DNA from: the human T2T-CHM13v2.0 reference genome, Homo sapiens
DNA: 64,000 nt
Reading direction: 5' to 3' (one strand)
Assembly (NCBI RefSeq): GCF_009914755.1
Contig: NC_060947.1
The notes under the pieces are model-generated. The model was not told the origin of the DNA. It ran no database searches and saw nothing but the letters and a program-made list of their open reading frames with translations. Shown here in pieces: positions 40,285 through 52,045 of the stretch. Each line of letters opens with the position of its first letter. The stretch's first letter is position 1. The translations under genes were made by a program, and so were the position numbers.

Positions 40285-40670
40285 TTTTCATTTATTTTCA
40301 TTATGAAATATTTCAGACACACATGAAGGTTTCAAGATTGATGCAACAGCTCCCTTTCACCATCATTCAGCTGCAGAAATAATATGGATGTTTCAGATGT
40401 GTCCAAGTTAACACATGTAGCTGGAGTTTATTCATTTTCACTGCTGTAATGGTATTCCATTGTATAAATACATTATGACTTATTCATCCGGTCTCCTGAT
40501 TATGAACCTGTGGGTAGCTTTGCATAATTGAAGAAAAGGAAGAGTGCTGCTGTGAACACCCTTATATGTGTCTCCCAATGGACACGTGTGTTAGCATTTC
40601 TCTGGGGTTTTGCTGGATCTGCGTGTGCGTGCTCATCGTCACCTTTACAAGTACTGCCAAGTTGCCCTGT
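40285..40670 (-). mobile_element. Ancient L1 (L1ME-like) 3' fragment
   Basis: TTCATTTTCACTGCTGT..GGTATTCCATTGTATAAATA...GTGCTGCTGTGAACA. Confidence 0.65.
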
Positions 40671-42154
40671 TCATTCATCTCTTCATAGGGCAAATGTTTG
40701 CTGAGCACTTCCTATATGTCAGGCTCTGGTATGACAGCAGAGCTGGAGAAGCCATCTCCTTTAAAGTGAGAAGCAGAGGGAAAGGGTTAGGCTTAGTTGG
40801 AAGGAACTTGGGGAGATGTAAGTAGGCAATTGCCAAGAATTTGTGGAGAACTCTATGGAAAGAGCTTTCAGGTGGTTTATGCCATCTTACTTTGGGACAC
40901 ATAGGGGAAGGGGAAAGACCTCTCCCTCCCAGCCAGCTCCCTATGGGATACAATCATGAGAGCTTGGGGCTGGCAGTCAGCAGGTCTGGGTATTGGTCCT
41001 GGGTCTGCCTCAAATTCATCATGTTCTGCTGGCTAGGTACCTTTCCCACTGTGGCCTGAATTTCTCCTCAGTACAAGGCAAGGAGGCAAGACAATGCTTC
41101 AGTCTGTATTGTCTACAGTCAACAGATTTGGGTTGTAAGAATTAATGTATCACGTTACCCTCCAGAGCCTTGAATTTCTTTTCTTTATCCTGGGCTTGCT
41201 AATCCTTGCTAGTATTTCTGGAGTATTCCTGGCACCTCCCATCTCCCAAGGCTGCCAGGAATACTCCAGAAGGGTTCAGTGGTATCCTTTGAAGCACTGT
41301 TCTCCCTTAGGTACATTCCTGTCAGGAGGCAGTGGGATGGCAAAGATGACCCTTGACTTCCCTGCTGGCTTCTAACTTGCTCCTCCCATTTCTGCAGGGC
41401 CTCTTTCCCAGACCCTGCTCCCACTTCAATTCAGCCATCTTCACACACAAAGTATAAATATAAAAAATAAATAAACCTAGAGTGAGCCCCAGAACTGAAG
41501 CAAATTGTTGGCAAGCGTTGGCCGCTGATTAGCATGCATAGTGGACGTGCAACTGGGCATATCGGATAGAACTGCACTTTTCCGCAGGCTAGAGCTATCA
41601 GCATGGGCTGAGCTGGGGAGTGATGCGTGGTGGTGGGGGCAGTGATGGTGCTCTAGTTGGACCCAGGGAGCTCATCTGCCAGGAGGGCCCCAGGCTTGCT
41701 CTCTCAGGCTGCTCTGCTCCTCATCCATGCTCCCCAAACCTCATCAGGGGTTTCCCTGCAGCAAGCAAGAACCTAGGACCCACTCAAGGGAGATGCAGAA
41801 GGTGCGGAAGTGGAGCCAGGTGGTCAGGGGCAGATAGGCCCAGGGTCTAGGGTCCGCTGAGTGACCTTGGGCAAGTGCATTCATCATCCTAAGCCTCCGC
41901 TTCCTCATCTGCAAAAGGGGAACAATAATAATAAATACCTTGTAGGGTTCTGGGGGCTCAAGGAGTTCAGAAGAATGCCTAGCAGTGATAAACACATAGT
42001 AGGAACATAAACAATGTGAGCCCTTTTCCGCCCCCATCATCACTATGTAATGATCGCCCCACCCCATGTATGGGCACAGACCAGGAAAAGCATGAAGCAA
42101 AAGGAATGTCTGGAGGAATCCATGGAGAAAGAAGAAGAAAAAGTGAAAACAGCT

Positions 42155-42330
42155 CACATATATTGAATGCACTGTGTGAAGTGCTTTGCAGTCTTTACCA
42201 CTTCATTTTAACACCTCAGCAGTCCTTTGCAGATGAGGAAACTGAGGCACTGACAGGTTGTAACTTCCCCAAGGTCATGCAGCTACGTAGTAGCAGACCT
42301 GGCTGGTATTTAAACCCAGGTCATTTTACT
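42155..42330 (-). mobile_element. MIR
   Basis: TTTGCAGATGAGGAAACTGAGGCAC...CCCAAGGTCATGCAGCT...TTTAAACCCAGGTC. Confidence 0.85.
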
Positions 42331-42332
42331 TT

Positions 42333-42510
42333 AGTTGGGCCAAATACAGGACCCCCAAGTTCAATTTGAATTTCAGATAAAAAATGAATACTTCTGTAGT
42401 ACATACTTATATGAAAAAGACATACTTATGCTACAAAATATTCATTGTTTGTCTGAAATTGAAACTTAACTAGGCCTGCTGTCTTTTCATTTGCTCAATC
42501 TGGCACCTCT
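42333..42510 (+). mobile_element. MER53 palindromic DNA transposon with a rearranged centre
   Basis: AAATACAGGAC...AATTTGAATTTCAGATAAA...ACATACTTATGCTA...TTGTTTGTCTGAAATT...ATTTGCTCAATCTGGCA. Confidence 0.88.
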
Positions 42511-42839
42511 AACTCCAGTGGCTGCACTCCTTAACAGTACCTTAAAACACCTCCCTCACTCTAAGGCCTCTGATGAACAGGTTAAGGATAGGCCCCTGCC
42601 TGGGGCCCCAGGTTCTCTCTCCCACCCACTTGCACTTCTACACCTGGTAACTACATTTGAAGAAGCACATAACCAGCCCCTCAGAACTTGGTTTTAATAG
42701 AGGAGAGATTGGATCTCAAACCTCGGTGGGGCCCTTAGCAGTCAGGGGGATCACTAAAAAGGGAGTGCCAGAGGAGCAGGTTGTCCCTCAGGGGACTTGG
42801 GGGCCCAAATCCCAGAGGCCTGAGCTGCAAGTCCATGGG

Positions 42840-43070
42840 GTAGAACAGTGGAAAGGTTATGCTTGCTCTGGAATGAGCAAACCTGGGTTTGAAGATGGGA
42901 ACTGCCACCACATGATGCTAGGCAAGTGACTTCACCCCTCCAAGCCTCATTTTCTCATCTATAGAACAACTATGAACAATAATAGCGCCTTTATCTCATG
43001 GGGTTATTGTGGGGAGTAAAGGAGATAAGTCATGGCACATTGTAAGCACTCAGTGAGTGTGACTTATTGT
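42840..43070 (+). mobile_element. MIR
   Basis: GGCAAGTGACTTCACCCCTC..AGCCTCATTTTCTCATCTATA...GGGTTATTGTG...TAAGCACTCAGT. Confidence 0.85.
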
Positions 43071-43859
43071 TACCAATCCCCTGAAGCAGTTCCCTCCCCT
43101 CACCTACTCTTACCCAGGGTTCTCTCCCCCTGCACTGCAAGCTTGAGATTTCTTTCAGGGTGGAGAGAGGGAGACCAGGCAGCTGATGAGGGTCAGGCCT
43201 CTGGTGTTACTTCCTCTGCAGCTGCCACGCTTGACATGTGGGGACACCTGCTCCCACCCTCCTCCCAGCCCCCGTCCTGCCAGCCCCAGCTCCTGAATAA
43301 TTCACGAAAATACCAATACCCCAGCTATCCTCTTTCATTGAATGGGGGCTCTGGACAAGTGGTTTCTCATCTAAACTCTGCTGTAGCTATGGGGAAGATC
43401 AGCTGGGGCGGGGGGGTGGGTGGGTACGGCACAGGGTATGGGATAGGGTAGGCAGGGCCAAGGGTTGAGGGGAGGAGCAAGAGGTGTAGCTTTATGGCTC
43501 CAAGTCCCCCATCCCTCCCATTGCTGATCTCCAACTTGGGAAACTTGGGAAAGCTTGGGAAACGCTGGAGACTTGTCTCTAGCCACTTTTCTTCTCTGAG
43601 TCTGTTTCCCCATCTGTGAAGTGCTGATACAATCCCCACATCATAGGGTGAGTGTGAGCAGAAAGTGAGAGGGTGGATGAGAAACCACTTTTTCAAGCTC
43701 TCTAACACTGTCCACAGGCAAAGCATTATCATTGCATCTGGGCCTTTGTTTTGCCATCTGTAAAATGGAAACCAGAATGCCTGCCTTCTAGGGGTGTTTT
43801 GAGGATCAAATAATATGTCTTCTGGGCTTCTCAGGCTGTTTCCCCCAGCACAGAGCACC

Positions 43860-44170
43860 GCTGCCCACCCTCCCTCCCCCTTGCCTGGTTAATTCCTTCT
43901 CATTCTTCAGAGCTGCTCAAAGTGTTTCCTCTTCTGAGAGACTTTCCTGCCTTCCCCTAACCCCCATCGCCCTCCGAACTGGCTTGGGCACCCCGTCCCC
44001 TGGCTTGCTTCACCCCCTGTCCGGACTCCCACCCCCACATTCTGTCCTGGCCCATTTCCTCCTCCGTTTCCATACTAGGCAGCCAGGTCACATCTTGTTC
44101 TTCATTTTCCCCTGCCAGCATGGGGCCTGGCATAGAGTCTGCACTCAGTAAACATTTGCAGAATGAGGAA
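43860..44170 (+). mobile_element. L2 fragments
   Basis: CCTGGTTAATTCCTTCTCATTCTTCAG...GCCTGGCATAGAG..GCACTCAGTAAACATTTGCAGAATGA. Confidence 0.6.
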
Positions 44171-44429
44171 AAGTGCCTCGTAAACACTGACGTGTTGTCC
44201 AGATATGAGGGGTTGTTAGCGGGGCATCCCTTTGAAACCCAACATTCTTCCTAGCATCATCGGCATCATGACGGAGCTGCATTTTTCACCACTGGATCTC
44301 TCCTCCTCATCTGAAGCCTTTGTCCCTGGGAGTGGGCCTAGGGTGACACTGAGGCTGGTGGGGTGGGTGGGGGGTACCTGGTGGAATCTGGGGCCAGCTG
44401 GGGCAGTCTGTGAGCTTGCTCCAGCCTGT

Positions 44430-44720
44430 CTCCCGGGCCTCTGGTCTGCTGTTCTGCCCCGCCTAGCCCACTGCGTTCAGTTGCAGACACCTCATTATCA
44501 CAGCGATGCAGCCAAGCTGGAGGCAGTTCAGAGAAGAGCAGTGAGAGCAATGTGGGGAGGTGGGGGCCTGGCGCTGGTGCTGGCGGTGGGGGAAGGGAGC
44601 AGTCCCAGGGCCGAGGCTGGAGTTTGGCTCAGCAAGGCTCAGTGGGGAACCTGAGAAGTGCAGCATCTGTGCACCAGCGTCTGGAGAACGGACCTCCTCA
44701 GTAAGGGAAGAAATGAGCTA
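44430..44720 (+). mobile_element. L3/CR1 LINE ORF2 remnant
   Basis: Translation LPRLAHCVQLQTPHYHSDAAKLEAVQRRAVRAM resembles the CR1 ORF2 motif VRPHLEYCVQFW.PH.KKD..KLERVQRRAT.M. Confidence 0.75.
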
Positions 44721-45186
44721 GCAGCAAAGACTAGAAGCCAAGGGGACCCCGGCATAAGCCAGCGTAGGACCCAGCCAACTACCCTTTCCAACCTTCAAAT
44801 GCAACTTCACCTGTTGCCACCTTTGCCACTACTGCTGTGACTGAAGAGAGGCCACATCCTTCGAGTGAGAAGCAAAGGGAAGAGGCAAAGGAAGTGGGGA
44901 GGCTGGCAGTGCCCACTGAGACCCACAGTCTGTGGAAAGTGCTACTTGGTGATCTAGGCTGCCCCTGCTGTCTACTGCCCAAGGTGGAAGGGAACTTTGA
45001 ACACTGCTGAGCACCACCCTCCCCCATCCCGCCTCCATCTTATTATGAAAAGATGCAGGCCTAAGGAGGGCACTCTTTAGGGGAGGGACTTGGCCAAAAT
45101 TCCTTGAGTCTATGGTGCAACCTGGACTGGAACCTGGGCCTCTGAACTCCAAGTTTTGTTGTTTTTCCACCATGCTTCCAAGCTGG

Positions 45187-45189
45187 TTT

Positions 45190-45237
<48 letters not shown>

Positions 45238-45490
45238 TTGTTTTGAGACAAGGTCTCACTCTGTCACCCACCCTTAAACTCCTGGGCTCAAACGATCCTC
45301 CTGCCTCAGCCTCCTGAGTACCTGGGACTACAGGCATGCGCTACAATACCTGGCTAATTTTTTAAAGTTTTTGTAGAGACAGGGTCTTACTATGTTGCCT
45401 GGGCTAATCTCAAATTCCTGGCCTCGAGCAATCCTTCTGCCTCAGCTCCCCAAAGCACTAGGATTACAGGCGTGAGCCACCGTGCCTGGC
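45187..45490 (-). mobile_element. AluJ-like with a (TTG)n tail and an internal deletion
   Basis: GAGACAAGGTCTCACTCTGTCACCCA jumps to CTCCTGGGCTCAA. TTTTTGTAGAGACAGGGTCT also present. Confidence 0.93.
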
Positions 45491-45749
45491 TCCACCATCT
45501 TTTCTCTCCCCAGGAACTGAGAGAGCTGCTGTCCAGACTGTGTGTATCCTGCCATCTGTCTAGGGACACACACTGTAGTAACATCACCCCACAATCACAC
45601 TCACACACCACACATACATAAATACACTTGTTCCAGGTGTGATCCTACTTTGGCTTTCCAAGACACCTTCCAAAATGGAATGGCATGAGATGCGGATCAA
45701 GCCCAAGACCTCTTGCCTCATGGTCTGTGCTCTTGCCTCTAAGCCTTTG

Positions 45750-46640
45750 CCCTTGCTGGCCTCTCCGCCTGAAATGTTTTACTCTGGAATTTGACCTGGC
45801 TGGTTTCATCTCATCACCAATGTCATCACCAATGTTCCAATGTCACTCTTCTCAGAAGCCTTCCCTGACCACAGGTCACTCCCTAGCTCATCACACTGTT
45901 TCTTGTTCTTCGCAGCACTGAGCACTCTTTTAAATCAGCTTGTTTGTAGACTTTCTTATTCTCCCAAATGGAAACTCATTAAGGGCAGGAAGCACATCTG
46001 GCTGGTGAAGGAAATCAAAGTGCTTTACCCCCAAATAGATTTCTTCAACATATTTTGAGCCGGCTGTCAGGGAGCCAGGAAAGAGAAGTGTCCCTGCAAA
46101 GCCATCTTTTGTGGGGGCGATTTGCATCTGTGCAGAATCTGCATTGATGCAGCCAGGCCTTCCCTTGTCAAGATCTGGGAAAGATGAGCTGAGAGTCTCA
46201 TACCTTAAAGATCTGAAAGAAACATTTACCGTCTATTCTCTCTGAGGGCTGCTACCTGTGAGGGTTCATCTACCTAAGGAGACCACCTTTGCTCCTCAGG
46301 CCTCCCCTTCTGCCCCTCCCATAACCTGTTCTGCCACCATAACCTGATTTACCACCATGACCTGTTTTTGGCCATGCCTCAAGGGAGCTCCCATTCTTTC
46401 TGTAACCTCAAGATGGTATAAAAGCTTTTGCACTCCATTGTGGGCTTGGGTAATCACTCTGTGATGCTCCCTGTCTACACATGTACACATGAATAAATTG
46501 TATGCCTTTCCCCCGCCAGTTAGCCTGCCTTTTGTGAGTTGATATTTCAGCAAACCTTCAGAGGGTGAAGGGGGAGTTTTCCCGTGGCCTCTACACTGGT
46601 TTTCTGCTATAACCACAGCATCTAGAATAGTACCCTAGCA
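45750..46640 (+). mobile_element. L2 fragment split by the LTR (arms ~45750-46001 and ~46600-46640)
   Basis: AATGTCACTCTTCTCAGAAGCCTTCCCTGACCA...AAACTCATTAAGGGCAGGA before the LTR and CAGCATCTAGAATAGTACCCTAGCACA after it. Confidence 0.7.
46006..46595 (+). mobile_element. ERV1 solo LTR, MER34(A)-like
   Basis: TG...CA termini with 4-bp TSD CTGG (46002-46005 and 46596-46599). Starts TGAAGGAAATCAAA. TATAAAA at 46417-46423 and AATAAA at 46492-46497. Confidence 0.88.
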
Positions 46641-46647
46641 CACTTGT

Positions 46648-46652
<5 letters not shown>

Positions 46653-46694
<42 letters not shown>
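46653..46694. repeat. (AC)n microsatellite
   Basis: Direct inspection. Confidence 0.97.
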
Positions 46695-46695
<1 letters not shown>

Positions 46696-46809
46696 TAAGT
46701 GAATAAATAACCAAACTCAGAGCAAATTTTTTTTCTTCCAGAAAAAAAAATCTAGCCCATACATAAAGAACTTAACCCCAGGCCTGAACTGGAGGAGTAC
46801 TGGGCTATT

Positions 46810-47240
46810 TCATTCATTCAATAAATATTTATTTATAACCAGGCATCATTCTAGGCACTGGAGACATAGTGAGCAAAACACAGATCCCTGCCTCCATAGA
46901 TGGGAGCTGATGATGATGAAGAAGGCAAGTAAGAAAGTGATAATGCATGTGAGAAGCTGATAAGTGCCCTGAAGAAAAACAAAGTAGGAAGTGGGGTAAG
47001 AGTGCTGGGGTTGGGGTCACATTTTCTTTACTGCTTGTAGTAGAAGGACACTTAGGTGTGGAAATTTAAATATGGCAGTCATTTCAACAGAAACCTAACG
47101 GCCCTCAGACAGCCAGCCTGAGGATATAAGAAGAGTGCTTCAGGCAAAGGAAAGCACAAACATAAAAGCCGTGAGGTTGGAGTGTGCCTGAGTGACTGAG
47201 GACGTCTGGACAGCTGGAGCAAAATATGTGAAGGGGAGAG
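46810..47240 (-). mobile_element. L2 fragment
   Basis: TTCATTCATTCAATAAATATTTATT...CCAGGCA..ATTCTAGGCACTGGAGACATAGTGAGCAAAAC...CCCTGCCTCCA. Confidence 0.85.
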
Positions 47241-47899
47241 TAGTGGCAAGGGGGTCTATTGTCACAGGGTAGGCAACCCTCCTGTCAGTGGCCTGTGCTT
47301 GAGGAGCCAAGAATCAGGGACTGCAGAACACTCAGAAATGCCTTCCAAGGAGTGTCTCAGACTCCTGCCTCTGCCACCTTTCCTGAGTCTAGGGTCCTAG
47401 CCTGGCCCAGCTCCCTTGGGTGTCCTGGTTTGCTCTGCCTGTGGGCACAGGATGCTTCCATTAGCTTGGCTGAGGACAAAGAGGGCTGCTGGCAATAACC
47501 CTTACATTTGCTTGCACTATGTCCCTGAATCCTGCCATAGTTTCCCCCAGCCTACCTTAAAACAGTCAGGGTTGGTGACTTTAACCCCACATGACAGAAA
47601 AAATGAGATATAGAGAGTAGGCCAGTGATCGATGTTTACAAAGCGCTTCTCATTGAATCTTCACAAGGACCTTGGAGTTCCAGCCTCTTTTGACAGATGG
47701 GAAAAGGGAGACAGGCATGTAAAGTGAGATTTTCTGAGGTTACACAGCCAGATCATGTCAAAGCTGGAACTGAAATTCAGATCTTTCTATCTCTGCTATT
47801 TCCATGATACCGCTCAGCCTCTGTGGAAGGAGTGGGAGGTTGGGAGGTGAAGCCCAGGACACAGGTAGGTCATTTACACTGAGGAGGTACTGATTAAAT

Positions 47900-48125
47900 C
47901 TCATGGCATAATGGAAAGAATGTGGACTTTAGAATCCCTACAGACTGGAATTAGAATCGCAGAGTTGCTGTGTGACCTTGGGCAAGTTGCTTCTTTTCTG
48001 AGCCCCATTTTCTCGTGTCTAAAGCAGATTGAAAATCTCTACTTTGTGCAGTTGTTTCATGGATTCAGTGAAATCTCAGGTGGGCAAGTGCCCCATTTGG
48101 TGTCCAGCACATAGTCAATGCCTAT
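47900..48125 (+). mobile_element. MIR
   Basis: CATAATGGAAAGAATGTGGACTTT...GCTGTGTGACCTTGGGCAAGTT. Confidence 0.85.
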
Positions 48126-49999
48126 CAGTGTGGGACCTTCTTTATATGTTCATTGAGTTATGTCTGACTGAAGCGAAAAGGCAGAGGCTGCTGGCACTGT
48201 GGCCAGTCTTGCTACTCCCATGCCTGGGTGAAATTAGGGCTGGGGCTGGGCCTGGATAAGAGTCCCAGAGACTGTGCTAGACTTGTCAGCACCAAGTCTC
48301 AGACCTGGCCCTGAGAAGCCTTCTGGGACTAAGTCGGCCGCAATGCCATTCCTCTGCCAGTCCAACTCTTTACTGGGAACTCAGGAAAAAAAGGGTGGGG
48401 GGAGTGGATGAGCAGGGTCGGGATCTAAGCCCACCTCTTCTCCCTGTATTCTCATCCTGCCTTCCCTCTCTCCAGGCCTGCAGAGAAAGCAGTACCCTGC
48501 CTCCAGCAGTTCTGCCCCTCCCCCACCTGAGGGTTTCCCTCCCCACAACCCCAGGGCTCTGGGCTGTTTAATGGGGTGGAGCTGTCTTTAATCTGCTCCA
48601 TAAATGTTTTCTGGATCCTCATTAGAAACCATAATGTCCTATTAATATGCTGATGAGATTTCATTTGGGGCTAGGGAAGGAAGAGTAGCTGGGAGGATGT
48701 GGGGTGGGGGCGAGGGAATGGAATTCCCCATGGGGATCCCAAGGGAACGAAGCGTAGCTGAGCTCATGGTGTCTCCCCCTAGTCCTTGGGAAACTCAGGA
48801 AGACTCAGTCGCAGGCCCCATCGTTCCCTCCACACAGACCCCCAGGGGTCTGAGTCAGCTGCTGTGGGGACTGGCAGATAGATGCGCACACGCCCCTCCA
48901 CACCCCACCACTGAGTATCACCTTGGGGCCTCACCCCAGTGACCAGTGTTAGTCACCAAAGCCTACACTCATTCTTCATTTGTTCCTACCACTGGCATCT
49001 ACACTGAACATGTTGGGGCCTAGCACCCATTTAGGCCCTGGGCATACGGACTTCAGTAAGACACAATATGGCGCTTTTGGACAATGGAAAGAAGCAAGGT
49101 ATGTAATGTGGCCAGCATGTAGCCGGCTCCCAGTAAATTGTGGCTATGAAGACAGGTTTCTGTCCTTGTGTTGCTCCTAATCTGATGGGTAAGGGAGGCA
49201 AATGTGTAAACAATTAAAATCCAGTTGAGATGATGGAGGAGTTTGAGCATAACAAAGAGGGAGGGGCTATGTGTGTTCATGCGGCTGGGTGTGTGGGTGC
49301 AATTCCTTAGATATTTACAGATGCGGCTTCTGTGCCAGGCCTTTCTGTGTGCTGTGCCCTCAGCCAGGAATGCCTGGTTCTGCTGGCTAACCTCACATCA
49401 TGTCTGTCCCTGCGATCTCCACCATAGGCAGAGAAGGGTTGGCATATGCAGATGAATTGGCATCTCTGTCTTGTTTCCCTGAATGAGCTGTGAGCTCGAG
49501 CTGGTGCCTCGAATGGCTTTCACTAATGGTCATCTGCATGCTCCTCTCCAAGACTCCCTGTTCAGCAAGAACCCTATTCCCTCACTTCCTTCAAACTGCC
49601 TTGGCCACTGCTGGCTCCTGACTCCTGGCTCAGACCCTCTATTCCTGGCTTCTTAAAGTCATTCATATTGGGAGCCCTGATTCAGCTAGCCCTGACTTCC
49701 TAGGCAGGCAGCTGATCCCTTTCTGCAGGGCTCCCTGCCTAACTCCCCTCCCATGGCTACCCCTGGGAGCACCTTGGCCTGAGCCTCTCCTATTCCCCTC
49801 CCCTCTTCCCAGGAAAACTCCCCTTCCTGGCTATTTGGCCTCTGTCCCAGCTGGAGCACATTTGCTGTGGTACCTCACAGTTTGCAGGCTGCTCTTTCAA
49901 CCCAGTATTCGGGTACTTGGTCAGTCATCTGGGCTCTGAACTCCTCAGGACCAGTCAGTCACCTATCCCTGTCTCTGTGACAGGTGGAAAGGACAAGTG

Positions 50000-50210
50000 G
50001 AACAGGCAGCGTTCAGGTTCTAACACCACTACTTATTTGCTGGGTGACCTTAGGCAAGTTACTTAAGCTCTCTATGCTTTGTTTTCTATAAAAGGGGAAT
50101 AATAATATCTATGTCACAGAGACCTTGTGTGGATTCAAGGAGATAATGTGAATAAAGCACTCAGCGCAGTGCCTGACGCACACGAAGTGCTCACCAAATG
50201 CCAGTTATCA
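50000..50210 (+). mobile_element. MIR
   Basis: GTGACCTTAGGCAAGTTACTTAAGCTCTCT...GATAATGTGAATAAAGCACTCAGC..AGTGCCTG. Confidence 0.88.
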
Positions 50211-51049
50211 TTCCCCAGCCTTCTCAGAGGTTCATACAGGTTATTGCCAAGCCCACACTGTGGCTGCCCAGCCTCCAGGTCTTTCCCCTGCCCCTAGTTC
50301 AGCTTATTCCTGTTGCCCAGGTTCTGTCTTTGGAATCAGGCCGACCTGAGTTCACTTCTAGTTCTACCACTTAACTCAGTGAGTATTTCTCTGATCCTCA
50401 GTTTGTTTCTCTGTAAACTGGGACTATGAATTGCCCCCCCCCACCCTCACCAGGTTGATGTGAGGATCAAATGAAATAAATGGCTGGCATCAGAGTGCCC
50501 ATCACAATGTCTGTCACATAGTAGGAATTTTTCTTACCAGATCCATGGAGCTCAGGTATGAAACCAGCTTGGCTTGGGCCCAGGGGTGGGGTAGGCACAG
50601 AGGGAGGAGAATAACTAGGAAAACTGACATGGATGACAAGAACGCCCTAGTAAGGGTAGTCAGGCTCACCGAGGCAGTACCTGAAGGGCATAGTAAGCTT
50701 AGACATGAGGTAGGCAGTGGGCACTGACAAGAGTGCTGAGCTGACTTTTGGGTCCAGTAGAAGCAGTAATAACTAAGTCTTGCAGAATGCAGTCCCAGGC
50801 AGTAACACCCTCATCCCTCGGGGTGGGAGTGGGAGTAGTAAAAGGAGGGGCCTGGGGAATATGCTCGTGGTGGTGGTCAGGCAAAGGGTGAGAGATACAA
50901 GGAAAAAGGCCCGTACTAGAGAGAACCCAGCAAGTGGGGATCAGGTAGAAGCAGAGCATGGGAGGAGAGCCTGGGCCCCCACTCCAACACCCCACATACC
51001 TGGTCTGCTGTCAGGAGCATTGAACTGCAGGCTGGTGGGGCTTAGGTTT

Positions 51050-51250
51050 GGGGGACTAGGCTGCCTGGGGTTGGTTTCCCATTTACTAGCCATGTGACTT
51101 TGGGCATGCCACTGGCCTCTCTGTGCCTCAGTCTCCTCATCTGTAAAGTAGCAATCATATTCTCTACCCCAAAGGGTTGTGCCTTACTATGTGTAAAGCA
51201 CTTAGAACTGGGGTTGGCATATAAGTTTTGCTATTAATAGTATTACTTTA
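51050..51250 (+). mobile_element. MIR
   Basis: CCTCTCTGTGCCTCAGTCTCCTCATCTGTAAA...TGTAAAGCACTTAGAAC. Confidence 0.88.
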
Positions 51251-51681
51251 GCTATTACTTTATGATCCTGCCTGCCCCTCCCAGGTCTGTCTTAGGCCCT
51301 GGGCCAGGAAGGGAGGACCCTCAGGAGAGCCAGTCCGGCTGGGGATAAAGTCTGCTGAGGCTGACAGTGGGGAAAAGCTGAGATGGGTGCATCCACTCTC
51401 TGTCTTCCCATCAGTACCTGCTCCTCTGAGGTAGTCTCATCTCCAACGGCCCTCTGAGCTCTGATCGCCTGTGATATATGATCAAGAGTCCTTCATTAAG
51501 TGTCTGCCATCCTGTACTGGGATCTGACCAGGCCTGCCTTTAAGGACAAATCCAGACCCTCAGATAGGGGCAGAAAAGCAAAGAATCACAGATTCTTAGA
51601 GCTAACATCTTAAAGGGTCTAGAACTGTCCAGATTTCCAATATTCTGCCTCATTGTTTTCATGAGCAGTCAGAATTACTTA

Positions 51682-52045
<364 letters not shown>

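Noticed and set aside
43533-43563. Three tandem CTTGGGAAA units
   Set aside because: This is a short slippage repeat lacking the GTGGGAA needed for RBPJ, with no other support.
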